DNA from: Candidatus Nomurabacteria bacterium | GTDB taxonomy: Bacteria; Patescibacteriota; Minisyncoccia; Phycocordibacterales; UBA9973 | Length of the DNA: 64,000 nt | Assembly (NCBI GenBank): GCA_026396065.1 | Contig: JAPLXO010000008.1 | Location: 1,056-65,055, forward strand | Direction of reading: 5' to 3' | Shown: in pieces, positions 49,984-59,910 of the stretch | Layout: each line of letters opens with the position of its first letter | How positions within the stretch are numbered: the stretch's first letter is position 1 | Position numbers and translations under genes: made by a program | The notes under the pieces: generated by a model | What the model was told of the DNA's origin: nothing | The model's input: the letters and a program-made list of their open reading frames with translations, nothing else | The model's database searches: none

Positions 49984-50379
49984 ATGAAAACATATGAATC
50001 ATATCAAGCATTAATAAAGCCGTCTTGGGCACCACCGTCTTATGTCTTTGGTCCGGTGTGAACTTTTCTTTATATTTTAATTTTCATTTCTTTCGGGAAA
50101 GTTTTTATGATGACTTATGAGAAAACTATTCCATTTATCGTAGCTTTGCCATTTATTTTAAATTTAATTTTTAATATTCTTTATACACCTATTATGTTTG
50201 GTTTGAAGAATACTACACTCGCATCACTCGATATTCTCCTCGTCCTCTGCACACTCATTTGGGCTATCATTGCCATTTTCCCTCATGTTCGATGGATTGC
50301 TTATATCCAAATCCCATACTTGGTTTGGGTATGTATTGCGACAACATTGCAGCTCTCTATATATTGGCTAAACAAATAA
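49984..50379 (+). pseudogene. tspO: Second TspO/MBR gene with in-frame TGA at 50059-50061 replacing a conserved Trp
   Basis: MKTYESYQALIKPSWAPPSYVFGPV*TFLY aligns with FGPVWTVLY of the 12720 copy. Confidence 0.85.
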
Positions 50380-50392
50380 TTTTTTAGTAAAT

Positions 50393-51037
50393 ATGAAAAA
50401 ATTTCAAAAAATGCTAATAGTTTCTTTTTTAGCACTTTTTCTAGTGCCCGCTTTTACTTTTGCGCATCAACCTCGTATTGTCGAAAGTAGGCAAAATATC
50501 GTGCCAAACCCAGAAATTTCAAAAGCATATTATGCTACTTTGGCTGGTGAGCCAGACGTGTATATTATCAACGCAGATACAGCTTTTGATTTGTATGTAA
50601 ATATTCTCGTGCCAGATATTGCTGGTCAAAAGAAAGATGTCTCTGTCGAGATTTTAAAAGACGGGGATAAAAGCCCGCTCGCTACGCTCGCGGGCCAACC
50701 CTCCGACTGGAAAAAATTCTACGAACCTTTCGGTGCGGATACTTACTGGATGGGTCCTGAATACAAGGCTCGAGCCGAGGCTGGCACATACGAGATTCGT
50801 GTATCGAGCCCAAACAATGATACAAAATATTCACTCGCTATTGGTGAGCTAGAAAAGTTTGATTCTAAAGAGGGGATGAATGCACTCATCTCGATTCCAC
50901 AAATCAAGATGCACTTTTTCAATAAATCATTTTTCAGTATTTTCAAATCACCATTTATCTATGGACCATCTTTGGTTTTGGTAGTAGTAATTATCTTAGT
51001 GATTTTTATTATTAGAAGAATTAAGCATAGGAAATAA
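50393..51037 (+). CDS. Hypothetical secreted, C-terminally anchored protein
   Basis: Signal peptide ending AFA-HQP, FYEPF motif, C-terminal TM. Confidence 0.75.
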   Translation: MKKFQKMLIVSFLALFLVPAFTFAHQPRIVESRQNIVPNPEISKAYYATLAGEPDVYIINADTAFDLYVNILVPDIAGQKKDVSVEILKDGDKSPLATLAGQPSDWKKFYEPFGADTYWMGPEYKARAEAGTYEIRVSSPNNDTKYSLAIGELEKFDSKEGMNALISIPQIKMHFFNKSFFSIFKSPFIYGPSLVLVVVIILVIFIIRRIKHRK

Positions 51038-51038
51038 C

Positions 51039-51479
51039 ATGCAAACAATATCTTTATTTATACTTTTAGCTGGTTTTATTATCGGCCTCGGTGCAGTGAC
51101 TGTGATAGATCTGCATGGATTCCTAGGCCGTAAATCAGCGTATTGGACTGAAGCAACGACTCGCACACACAAAGTCACCAAGCCTTTGATTTGGATTGGA
51201 ATGCTACTCGTAATTATCGGTGGAATATTTTTCTATCGCGGTGTGCCGTTTACAGGTATTTTACTTTTCCATGTCATCTCTGTACCTATTATGCTTTTGA
51301 ATGGCGTTTTCCTTTCTTTTTCTGTGAGTCCGTTCTTACTCAATCGTGAAAAGGAAGGCCGACAAGCCGAACTCTTGCCACAATCTTGGCAGAATAAAAT
51401 AATTTTTTCATTTATGCTTTCGTTTGTTTCATGGTGGGGGAATTTAGCAGTGTTGGTCTATTTCCTCACAATAAAATAA
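51039..51479 (+). CDS. Hypothetical 4-TM membrane protein
   Basis: Hydrophobic segments; operonic spacing. Confidence 0.7.
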   Translation: MQTISLFILLAGFIIGLGAVTVIDLHGFLGRKSAYWTEATTRTHKVTKPLIWIGMLLVIIGGIFFYRGVPFTGILLFHVISVPIMLLNGVFLSFSVSPFLLNREKEGRQAELLPQSWQNKIIFSFMLSFVSWWGNLAVLVYFLTIK

Positions 51480-51480
51480 A

Positions 51481-51996
51481 ATGTCTTTCAAAAAGAAAAA
51501 AGTAATAGTGAATGATGAAATGCAGAAAAAGTATGTATACTTTTTGACTGAGCCTGTGGGTAAACATTTCGATCCTGATTTCAAGCCAGATCTGACGCCC
51601 AAGGAAATGCTTTCCTTGGGCGTCTTCGGTGGCCGCTACCTCACCGATTGTAAAAAAGAATTTCCAAAAGACTGGTTCACTCGTGCGAAACTTTCTCCAC
51701 ATCATCATGATAAAAAATTAAATTATTTCGGTGTCGATGCGAGCCAGTCCTTATCAACCTGGAAGAAAAATGGATGGATTCACCCTATGGACCCGCGTGG
51801 CTGGTTTCAATGGTATTGCCGGTATTATATGGGACGAAGAATTCCCGATGAAGATGCACGACAAATAAAACGCTGGCGGATGATGCGACGACATGTCGCC
51901 CAAATACACAACAATTGCCGAGTAGGGGATATTTTCTGTCGCCCCCGCCAACGCCAAGCCCTCCTCCACTGGGCGTATGATAGTAGAAAGATTTGA
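51481..51996 (+). CDS. Conserved hypothetical protein (Trp/Arg-rich)
   Basis: LTPKEMLSLGVFGG, RGWFQWYCRYYMGRR, RQALLHWAYD motifs. Confidence 0.8.
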   Translation: MSFKKKKVIVNDEMQKKYVYFLTEPVGKHFDPDFKPDLTPKEMLSLGVFGGRYLTDCKKEFPKDWFTRAKLSPHHHDKKLNYFGVDASQSLSTWKKNGWIHPMDPRGWFQWYCRYYMGRRIPDEDARQIKRWRMMRRHVAQIHNNCRVGDIFCRPRQRQALLHWAYDSRKI

Positions 51997-52017
51997 TGTT
52001 TTTGGTATAATTTATAT

Positions 52018-52524
52018 ATGGAAAATAACTATGCCTTTATAGATGGTCAAAACCTGTATCTAGGAACACAAGCAGAGAATTTTGATTTAGATCTAGCTCG
52101 CTTTAGGATTTACTTAAAAGAGAAATATAAAGTAAGCGTAGCTTATTATTTTTTAGGTTGTATATTTGATGCAAATACAGAATTGTATGATGAAATACAG
52201 AAAGCTGGTTTTGTCCTAAAATTTAGAGAACATAATTCAAATATGATAGGCAATAAAAAGGGTAATGTCGATACGGATGTTGTTTTTGAAATGATGCGTA
52301 GTTTGATAAATGAAAACCAAATGTCTAAAATAGTTCTAGTGTCTGGTGATGGTGATTATAAAAAAGTTGTTGACTATTTGATTAAAAAAGATAAATTTTT
52401 AAAAATACTTTTTCCTAACAATCGCTACTCTTCTTTGTATAAAGAAATCACTGTAAAATATTTTGATAAATTGTGTGATGAACACGTAAGATCAAAAATT
52501 GAGCAAAAGAAAAAGCGAACTTAG
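52018..52524 (+). CDS. NYN (LabA/DUF88) PIN-fold ribonuclease
   Basis: FIDGQNL, KGNVDTD, VSGDGDY acidic motifs. Confidence 0.9.
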   Translation: MENNYAFIDGQNLYLGTQAENFDLDLARFRIYLKEKYKVSVAYYFLGCIFDANTELYDEIQKAGFVLKFREHNSNMIGNKKGNVDTDVVFEMMRSLINENQMSKIVLVSGDGDYKKVVDYLIKKDKFLKILFPNNRYSSLYKEITVKYFDKLCDEHVRSKIEQKKKRT

Positions 52525-52671
52525 GGATCGCCCCGTTCGCTTGCTTTTTCGTTGTTATAAATACATTATATACTGATGAACACGTAAGATCAAAAATTGA
52601 GCAAAAGAAAAAGCGAACTTAGGGATCGCCCCGTTCGCTTGCTTTTTCGTTGTTATAAATACATTATATAC
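52476..52671 (+). repeat. Exact tandem duplication of a 98-bp unit covering the NYN 3' end and downstream hairpin
   Basis: 52476-52573 is identical to 52574-52671. Confidence 0.9.
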
Positions 52672-52798
52672 TGTTTACATTTGTAAGTAAAGTCAACTAT
52701 TTGTGAAAATAGTATTTGAGGTTATTTAATATTGAAAAATCCTTAAAAATAAGGTCAAATTTTGAAATTTCCTTAAAATGTGCTATAATTGTGAGGTT

Positions 52799-55180
52799 AT
52801 GGATAAAAAATCCCTTACAGAACAAGATATTTGTTCAAAATACGTTCTACCAGCAATTCTCGATTCAGGATGGGATTTACATACTCAAATACGTGAACAA
52901 TGGACATTCACTTCCGGCAGAATTATGGTTCATGGAAAAACTATTTCTCGCGGTGATAAAAAGCGTGCTGATTTTATTTTATATTACAAAAACAATTTCC
53001 CAATAGCTGTCGTTGAAGCAAAAGATAATACACATTCTGCTGGAGCAGGTCTCGAACAAGCAAAACAATATGCAGAAATTTTAAATATTCCATTTGCGTA
53101 TAGTACCAATGGTGATGAATTTGTAGAATATGATTTTTTAATTGGTACAGAAAAAACTTTTCCATTAAATGAATTTCCAGATCGAGAAGAATTAATGCGT
53201 CGTTTCTCAGAATCAAAAGATTACAATCAAGAACAAAAAGAAGTAATTCTTCAAGATTATTTTATAGATCCTTCAGGTAAGGGGCCTCGTTATTATCAAG
53301 AAAATGCTATAAACAAAGTTGTCGAAGCTGTAGCCAAAGGAAAAGATAGACTTCTTTTAGTAATGGCAACCGGAACAGGAAAGACATATACAGCATTTCA
53401 GATAATTTACAGACTTTGGAAATCAAAGAAAAAGAAAAGAATTTTATTTCTCGTAGATCGTACAGCTTTGGCTCAACAGACAATGCAAGGTGACTTTCGT
53501 CATTTTGGTGGAGCGATGACTCGTATTAAAAATGGTACAGTAGATAAAGCATATGAGATTTATGTTGCTTTATATCAAGGTCTCACTGGTGGTAGTAATT
53601 CTGAAAATGATATAGAAGCTGAAGAAGAAAAGAAAAAACTCTTTCAAGAATTTTCTCCTAATTTTTTTGATCTTATTGTTGTAGACGAGTGTCATCGTGG
53701 TAGTAGTAATGAAAATAGTGCATGGAGAGAAATTTTGAATCACTATACTAGTGCAACACAGATTGGTATGACTGCTACACCAAAAGAAACCACCGATATG
53801 AGTACTGAGGAATACTTTGGTAAGTCTGTATATACATATTCATTAAAACAAGGTATTGATGATGGATTCCTTGCACCATATAAGGTTATTCGTTATAGAT
53901 TCAATAACGACGAATGGCGTCCGATAGAAGGTTTTCGTGACGTAAATGGAGAAATTGTTCCTGATGAGATTTATACCGAAGGTATGTTTGACCGTACTAT
54001 CATTATAGATGAACGTAATAGAGCAGTAGCAAAATGTATTGCAGATTTTATGAGAGATACTGATGTGTATCAGAAAACAATTGTTTTCTGTGTTGATATC
54101 GCACATGCAGAGCGTATGCGTACTTGTTTGACGAATGAATTAAAAGAACAAACAAAAGAAAATTCTAGATTTATAGTAAAGATAACAGGGGATGATACTT
54201 TTGGAAAAATGGAAATTGAAAATTTTATTAATCCCGAATCTCGATATCCAGTTATCGCGACGACTTCAAAGCTTCTTTCTACTGGAGTTGATACAAAGAC
54301 AGTTAAACTCATTGTCCTTGATTCACCTATGAATTCAATGACAGAATTCAAGCAAATCATTGGTCGTGGTACACGTGTCGAAGAGCAATACGGAAAATAT
54401 TATTTTACTATTATGGATTTTAGAAATGTTACTCGTCTTTTTGCTGACAAAGATTTCGATGGTGATCCTGTGAAAGTCTATGATGTTGATGGAAAAGATC
54501 CTGTTGATATTGAGAGCTTGATGAACGAAGAAACAAGGTCTGAAGAAATGATAAAAGAATTAGATCCGTTGGCTGAAGTTTTGATTGATGGTACTCAAAC
54601 AGAAGAAAAACCAAAAAAGATTCGTATCAAAGACGGAGTTGATTTTTATCCTATTCATCAAGAAGTAAAATATATCGATCCGAAGACAGGTAAACTCATT
54701 ACTGAATCATTAAAAGATTTTTCAAAGAAAACAATTATTTCTGAGTATGCATCTATTGATGAATTTCTGACTCGTTGGAAAGAAATAGAAAGAAAAGACA
54801 TCATCGTAAATGAATTACTCGATCGCGGTGTTGCTTTTGAAGAGCTTCGTAAAGAATCCGGTAAAGACCTCGATGTGTTTGATTTGATTTTACATGTTGC
54901 CTATGGCAAGAAGCCGATGACTCGTAGTGAAAGAGTTAAAAAAGTTCACGCAAATGATTATTTTGGAAAATATGAAGGCAAAGCAAGGGAAATAATAGAC
55001 TTATTACTTACAAAATATACAGACCAAGGTATTACTGCTATTGATGGTATTGAAGATTTGATGGTTTCTCCATTTACCGACTATGGTACTCCTATAGAAA
55101 TAGTTGAGGATATTTTTGGAGGTAGAGAATCCTATATGGAAGTTATCAAAAACATAGAAAATAGTTTATACTCAGATTAA
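52799..55180 (+). CDS. hsdR: Type I restriction enzyme R subunit (EcoAI/EcoEI-like)
   Basis: ADFILY...VVEAK nuclease, MATGTGKT, DECHRG, TATP, KQIIGRGTR. Confidence 0.95.
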   Translation: MDKKSLTEQDICSKYVLPAILDSGWDLHTQIREQWTFTSGRIMVHGKTISRGDKKRADFILYYKNNFPIAVVEAKDNTHSAGAGLEQAKQYAEILNIPFAYSTNGDEFVEYDFLIGTEKTFPLNEFPDREELMRRFSESKDYNQEQKEVILQDYFIDPSGKGPRYYQENAINKVVEAVAKGKDRLLLVMATGTGKTYTAFQIIYRLWKSKKKKRILFLVDRTALAQQTMQGDFRHFGGAMTRIKNGTVDKAYEIYVALYQGLTGGSNSENDIEAEEEKKKLFQEFSPNFFDLIVVDECHRGSSNENSAWREILNHYTSATQIGMTATPKETTDMSTEEYFGKSVYTYSLKQGIDDGFLAPYKVIRYRFNNDEWRPIEGFRDVNGEIVPDEIYTEGMFDRTIIIDERNRAVAKCIADFMRDTDVYQKTIVFCVDIAHAERMRTCLTNELKEQTKENSRFIVKITGDDTFGKMEIENFINPESRYPVIATTSKLLSTGVDTKTVKLIVLDSPMNSMTEFKQIIGRGTRVEEQYGKYYFTIMDFRNVTRLFADKDFDGDPVKVYDVDGKDPVDIESLMNEETRSEEMIKELDPLAEVLIDGTQTEEKPKKIRIKDGVDFYPIHQEVKYIDPKTGKLITESLKDFSKKTIISEYASIDEFLTRWKEIERKDIIVNELLDRGVAFEELRKESGKDLDVFDLILHVAYGKKPMTRSERVKKVHANDYFGKYEGKAREIIDLLLTKYTDQGITAIDGIEDLMVSPFTDYGTPIEIVEDIFGGRESYMEVIKNIENSLYSD

Positions 55181-55183
55181 TAT

Positions 55184-56605
55184 ATGTCATCCCAAATTCA
55201 ATCAATCATAAAAAATATTCAAGATGAAATGCGCAAAGACGCAGGGCTCGATGGTGATGCACAACGTATCTCACAGCTTGTATGGATGCTATTCTTGAAA
55301 ATTTTTGATGACCGTGAAAAGAACTTGGAACTCATTGATCCAAAATATGTTTCTCCAATTCCTGAAAAATTCCGTTATCGTAATTGGGCTGTTGATGATG
55401 AAGGCATCACTGGCCAAGATCTTGCAGACTTCATCGATAAAGAGCTTTTCCCTGCACTCAAAAATCTTTCCATTTCCGATACTGATACTCGTGGATTCTT
55501 GATAAAGAATATCTTTACTGATACGTATAACTATATGAAGAATGGTACGCTCATTCGTAAAGTTTTTAATAAAATAAATGAAATAAATTTCAATAAAAAA
55601 GACGACCGTCATGCATTCGGAGATTTGTATGAAAAGATTTTGAAAGATCTTCAAAATGCTGGAAATGCAGGGGAGTTCTATACACCACGCCCACTGACGA
55701 AATTCGTGGTAGATATGGTCGATCCAAAGTTTGGTGATACAATCCTCGATCCTGCATGTGGCACAGGAGGATTCCTCGTCAATGCACTCGAGCATATGCG
55801 TGCTGGTGTAAAAACTGCAAATGATGAAAAGAAACTACATTCATTCGTAAACGGTGTAGAGCTCAAACCACTTCCACACATGCTCGCTATTACAAATATG
55901 ATTCTCCATGGAGTTGAAGACCCCTCTACTATTCTTCGTGGCGATATGCTTTCTCGTCCATATACTGATTATGGTCCGAAAGATCGCGTCGATGTTATTC
56001 TTGCAAATCCACCTTTCGGGGGTACTGTTACTGATGGCACAGAATTAAATTTCCCATCACAATTCCGCACAAAAAGTACTGCAGAATTATTTCTTGTTTT
56101 ATTTGTTCACTTATTAAAAGATGGCGGTAGGGCTGGTATAGTTTTACCCGATGGGTCTTTATTTGGTGATGGAGTTATTGCAAAGGTTAGAGAATATCTT
56201 ATGACTGAATGTAACCTTCACACTATTGTCCGTCTTCCTCCGGGAGTTTTCAATCCATATGCAGGAGTAAATACAAACTTACTCTTTTTCACTAAAGGTG
56301 AGCCTACAAAAGAAGTTTGGTATTACCAGATGAAGCTTCCAGCTGGACTTCGTGCTTATACAAAGACCAAGCCTATTACAGATGCAGAATTTGATACAGT
56401 CAAAGAATGGTGGAAAAATCGTGCCGATTTTTCCACCGACAACGCATGGTGTGTTTCCATCGAAGACATAAAAGCTAAAAATTGGAATTTGGACTTCAAG
56501 AATCCAAAGGGTGGGGAAGTAGAGGAAGAATTCGGGTCGAAAGAATTGGTTGAGAGAATTTTTGGAAAAGAAGAGGAAATTAAAAAGATTTTGAAGAATA
56601 TATAA
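55184..56605 (+). CDS. hsdM: Type I R-M N6-adenine methyltransferase
   Basis: GEFYTPR, DPACGTGGFL, NPPF. Confidence 0.95.
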   Translation: MSSQIQSIIKNIQDEMRKDAGLDGDAQRISQLVWMLFLKIFDDREKNLELIDPKYVSPIPEKFRYRNWAVDDEGITGQDLADFIDKELFPALKNLSISDTDTRGFLIKNIFTDTYNYMKNGTLIRKVFNKINEINFNKKDDRHAFGDLYEKILKDLQNAGNAGEFYTPRPLTKFVVDMVDPKFGDTILDPACGTGGFLVNALEHMRAGVKTANDEKKLHSFVNGVELKPLPHMLAITNMILHGVEDPSTILRGDMLSRPYTDYGPKDRVDVILANPPFGGTVTDGTELNFPSQFRTKSTAELFLVLFVHLLKDGGRAGIVLPDGSLFGDGVIAKVREYLMTECNLHTIVRLPPGVFNPYAGVNTNLLFFTKGEPTKEVWYYQMKLPAGLRAYTKTKPITDAEFDTVKEWWKNRADFSTDNAWCVSIEDIKAKNWNLDFKNPKGGEVEEEFGSKELVERIFGKEEEIKKILKNI

Positions 56606-56606
56606 T

Positions 56607-57205
56607 ATGGATGAGCAAATCATTAAAATTAAAACAATAATGACAGAAGTTTCTACTGGAGTTGCTAGAATTCAAGAGATGAATGACACTTATAAAGTTT
56701 TATATAAAGAAATTGCTAGTTATTGCAAAGAATATAGTATCAAAAATACTAACCCGTATTCTGATTTATGGGAATTTTATAGTTATTGGTCAAAAAAACT
56801 TCCTAAATATTCTGATAGAAGATCATATATTATTGAGTTATATAAAAAATTTGGTTTAGGAAAAGAACAAAAGAAGAATTTACGAATTACTACATTTTAT
56901 GTAAATAAAGATAGGATTAAAGAAATACAAAAAATTAAATCTTTGTCCTTTGATTTCAAAAAATTATCAAAACTTTGTGAAGAAATAAATATTTTGGGTA
57001 TAAAAATTTTTCAGATGTATGTGCACAATATGGTAAAAAAAGTTTTAAAGAAGTATCATTAAGGCTTAATGAATCTTCGAGGAAGATTGCTGATTCTTAT
57101 TTACATGATCCTATAAGAAAAAAAGAAACACTACCAAATAAAACACAAGTTAACTTTTCTCAAGAGCTCGATTATGTATTATCAGAAATGTTGTCTCTTA
57201 CTTAA
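56607..57205 (+). pseudogene. Frameshifted Abi/HEPN-like gene inserted in the hsd operon
   Basis: ORF continues in another frame from 56993 (FGYKNFSDV...SRKIADSYLH...LSLT*) to TAA at 57203-57205, 3 nt before the next ATG. Confidence 0.65.
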
Positions 57206-57208
57206 TAT

Positions 57209-58726
57209 ATGAAAGAAAATGAAGCAAAAATACACTTTTCAGATTTTTTTAAGGTAAGTCATGATTTAGTTGAGAATTATGGTGCTCTTGATATATCACT
57301 TCTATCAGATAATCCTGCTTTCGTGGATCCATTTTTAATTTTCTATAGTAAAAAAAGTGAATACGAAGTGTTGCATAAGCAGATTATTGAATATATTTTT
57401 TTCTTAAAAAGAAATAGTGATAATGGTAATTATTTAGAAACTAATTATAAATTTCCAGAAGTTAGCCAAACATGGTTAGGATATTCAAGACATGGAAATA
57501 AAGGGAGAGGTCTTGGTCCGAAGTTTGCTAAAGAGTTAGATAAAAATTTGACGGAAATATTTTTTGAATTACAAGATAGTAAAATTACTAAAAGTCCACA
57601 TTTAGAAAAACTTTGTCTAGTTGCTAAGGGTGTTGGGGTTGATAATATTAGTGATTTTACACTTAATCTTGTTAAAGGTTATTTAATTAAATATACAAAA
57701 AATTTTTGTAAGGAAAATGTCAATCCTAAATTTTTAAACGATTTTGGTATTTCTAGAATTGAATTTGATTTTGAAAAAGGAATTTGGATTGATGGAGTGG
57801 CAAGTTTGCCATTCATTTATAATGAAAAAGGATTGAAAGAATACGTATTATTAACTCCTAAGGATATTTTAGTAAAAGAAGAAGATTGGATTTCAAAAAG
57901 CGATTTTCTTAAACATGACAGTGTTATTTTAAATAGAATTGATAATCAGGATTTAAGAGATAAAATTAATCAATATTTTAATGCATTGATTCCAGTTAAA
58001 ATAAACAAAAAAGGTAAAAAAGTTCCGGATAATTCTCAAAAAAATAGAAAAGAAGCGTTAATAGAAACTGCTAAAAAATATACAATATTATTAGAGTATT
58101 ATATACGATATAAAGAAAATGAAGGATCTCCTGTTGTTAAAAGAAACTTAGAGGATGTTTCTTTGATTAAAGATATTTTTTACTCAGAAGCAAGAAAAAT
58201 TGTGTCTGAATTAAAAAATGACACAGAATTTTATAAAAAACCACTTTCTTCACTCGAAGAAAGTATCAAGAAAATAAAGATATTTAAACATTATCTAGAG
58301 GACAGGAATAACTGTAGAATCTTTTGGGATGGTGAAAAGTTAAAAAAAATAAAAGAAGATGATATTGGAATATTATTAGATCTTATTTTTAACGAATCTT
58401 TGTTTTCTGTCGATAATCAAGTAAATAATGGCAGAGGTCCTTCTGATGTAAAAGTTTCAATGGGTAGAAAAGATTGTACTATTATTGAAATAAAACTTGC
58501 GTCAAATCCGCAAATGCCTAAAAATCTAAAAAATCAATTAGATATTTATAAAAAAGCTAACGATACTTACAATGGTGTCTATCTCATTGTATATTTTACA
58601 AATGATGAAAAAGTTAAGATGGAAATTTTATTAAAAAAGTTAAATATGTTTATATATATTGATAAATATATATTTCTTATTGATTGTCGAAAAAAGATTT
58701 CTGCATCTAAAGTAAATGAACTATGA
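57209..58726 (+). CDS. Uncharacterised 505-aa protein with PD-(D/E)xK-like C-terminal nuclease motif
   Basis: QVNNGRGPSDVKVS...IIEIKLASN; overlaps the hsdS start (ATGA). Confidence 0.7.
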   Translation: MKENEAKIHFSDFFKVSHDLVENYGALDISLLSDNPAFVDPFLIFYSKKSEYEVLHKQIIEYIFFLKRNSDNGNYLETNYKFPEVSQTWLGYSRHGNKGRGLGPKFAKELDKNLTEIFFELQDSKITKSPHLEKLCLVAKGVGVDNISDFTLNLVKGYLIKYTKNFCKENVNPKFLNDFGISRIEFDFEKGIWIDGVASLPFIYNEKGLKEYVLLTPKDILVKEEDWISKSDFLKHDSVILNRIDNQDLRDKINQYFNALIPVKINKKGKKVPDNSQKNRKEALIETAKKYTILLEYYIRYKENEGSPVVKRNLEDVSLIKDIFYSEARKIVSELKNDTEFYKKPLSSLEESIKKIKIFKHYLEDRNNCRIFWDGEKLKKIKEDDIGILLDLIFNESLFSVDNQVNNGRGPSDVKVSMGRKDCTIIEIKLASNPQMPKNLKNQLDIYKKANDTYNGVYLIVYFTNDEKVKMEILLKKLNMFIYIDKYIFLIDCRKKISASKVNEL

Positions 58727-59910
58727 AAACTAATTGGCAAACAAAAAAACTAAGTGAAGTTTGTACTATTGTTGGTGGTGGTACACCAAAAACTGGAATT
58801 TTCGAATATTGGGATGGTGATTTATGTTGGGTAACTCCCAAAGATCTTGGAAGACTTGATGGTTTTGAAATTTCGGAAACAGAAAGAAAAATTTCTGAAA
58901 TAGGACTTAAAAATTCTTCAGCACAAAAATTACCAATTGGTTCAGTAATTCTTTCTTCTCGTGCACCAATTGGTTATGTTGTTATTAATACAGTACCAAT
59001 GGCAACAAATCAAGGTTGTCGTAGTTTTGTTTGTGGTGCTTATATTTTTAATAAATATTTATATTATTTTCTTATTTCAAATACAGAGTTATTAAATTCA
59101 TTAGGTAGTGGCTCAACATTTTTAGAGGTTTCTGGTTCAAGGTTAAAAGAAATTGAAATTCCACTCCCATCACTCGAAACTCAAAAGAAAATCGTGGAGA
59201 TTTTGGATGAGAAATTTGCAAAGATTCGTGAAGCGAAAAGTTTACGTGAACAATCCATCACCGACACAGAAAAAATCCTTTCCCAAACTCTTCGTGAAAT
59301 TTTTGAAGAGGGTAAAGAAAAAGGATGGGAAGAAGATATTTTAAATAATGTTGCTGCAAAAGTTGCAGATGGTACACATGATACACCAAAATATCAATCA
59401 AAAGGTTTTCCTCTAATCACTTCAAAAAATCTTCTAGAATCTGGTCTAGATTTTTCTAATATAAAGTATATTTCTGAAGAAGATTATATTCAGATTAAAC
59501 AAAGATCAGGAGTAAATAAAGGAGACTTGCTTATTGCAATGATTGGAACTATTGGAAATATAACGAGAGTAGAAACAGAACAAAAATTTAGTATTAAAAA
59601 TGTTGGACTTATTAAACCAGATGAAGATAAGGTTTTAGGTAAATATATAATGTATTTTTTACATAATTCTAGATTGATGTCTTTGATAGAAAGTAAGGGT
59701 GCTACACAGAAATTTATTGCACTTGGACCAATTAGAAATATAAAAATTAAATTTCCATCACTTACAGAACAGAAGAAAATTGTAGAAAGATTAGATGCAC
59801 TTTCAGAAAAAATTCGACAAATGGTAGATTTGCAAAAATCACAACTTGAAGATTTTAAAAAATTAGAAAAATCATATCTCCGCGAAGCCTTCAACGGGGA
59901 ATTGATATAA
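58723..59910 (+). CDS. hsdS: Type I R-M specificity subunit
   Basis: Two TRDs with PLPSLETQKKIV / FPSLTEQKKIV conserved regions, LREAFNGEL end. Confidence 0.95.
   Translation: MKTNWQTKKLSEVCTIVGGGTPKTGIFEYWDGDLCWVTPKDLGRLDGFEISETERKISEIGLKNSSAQKLPIGSVILSSRAPIGYVVINTVPMATNQGCRSFVCGAYIFNKYLYYFLISNTELLNSLGSGSTFLEVSGSRLKEIEIPLPSLETQKKIVEILDEKFAKIREAKSLREQSITDTEKILSQTLREIFEEGKEKGWEEDILNNVAAKVADGTHDTPKYQSKGFPLITSKNLLESGLDFSNIKYISEEDYIQIKQRSGVNKGDLLIAMIGTIGNITRVETEQKFSIKNVGLIKPDEDKVLGKYIMYFLHNSRLMSLIESKGATQKFIALGPIRNIKIKFPSLTEQKKIVERLDALSEKIRQMVDLQKSQLEDFKKLEKSYLREAFNGELI

Noticed and set aside
49984-50379. UGA reassignment (genetic code 4 or 25)
   Set aside because: prfB is present, TGA terminates rodA and other genes, and all other long ORFs are open in code 11.
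4701-59894. Many 60-180 aa antisense or overlapping ORFs (e.g. 4701-5240, 11212-11652, 38161-38544, 45178-45546, 55289-55795, 59490-59894)
   Set aside because: Shadow frames of well-supported genes, with no recognisable motifs.
58723-59910. Phase-variable (invertible) hsdS locus
   Set aside because: Only one hsdS, with no silent TRDs, inverted repeats or recombinase visible.
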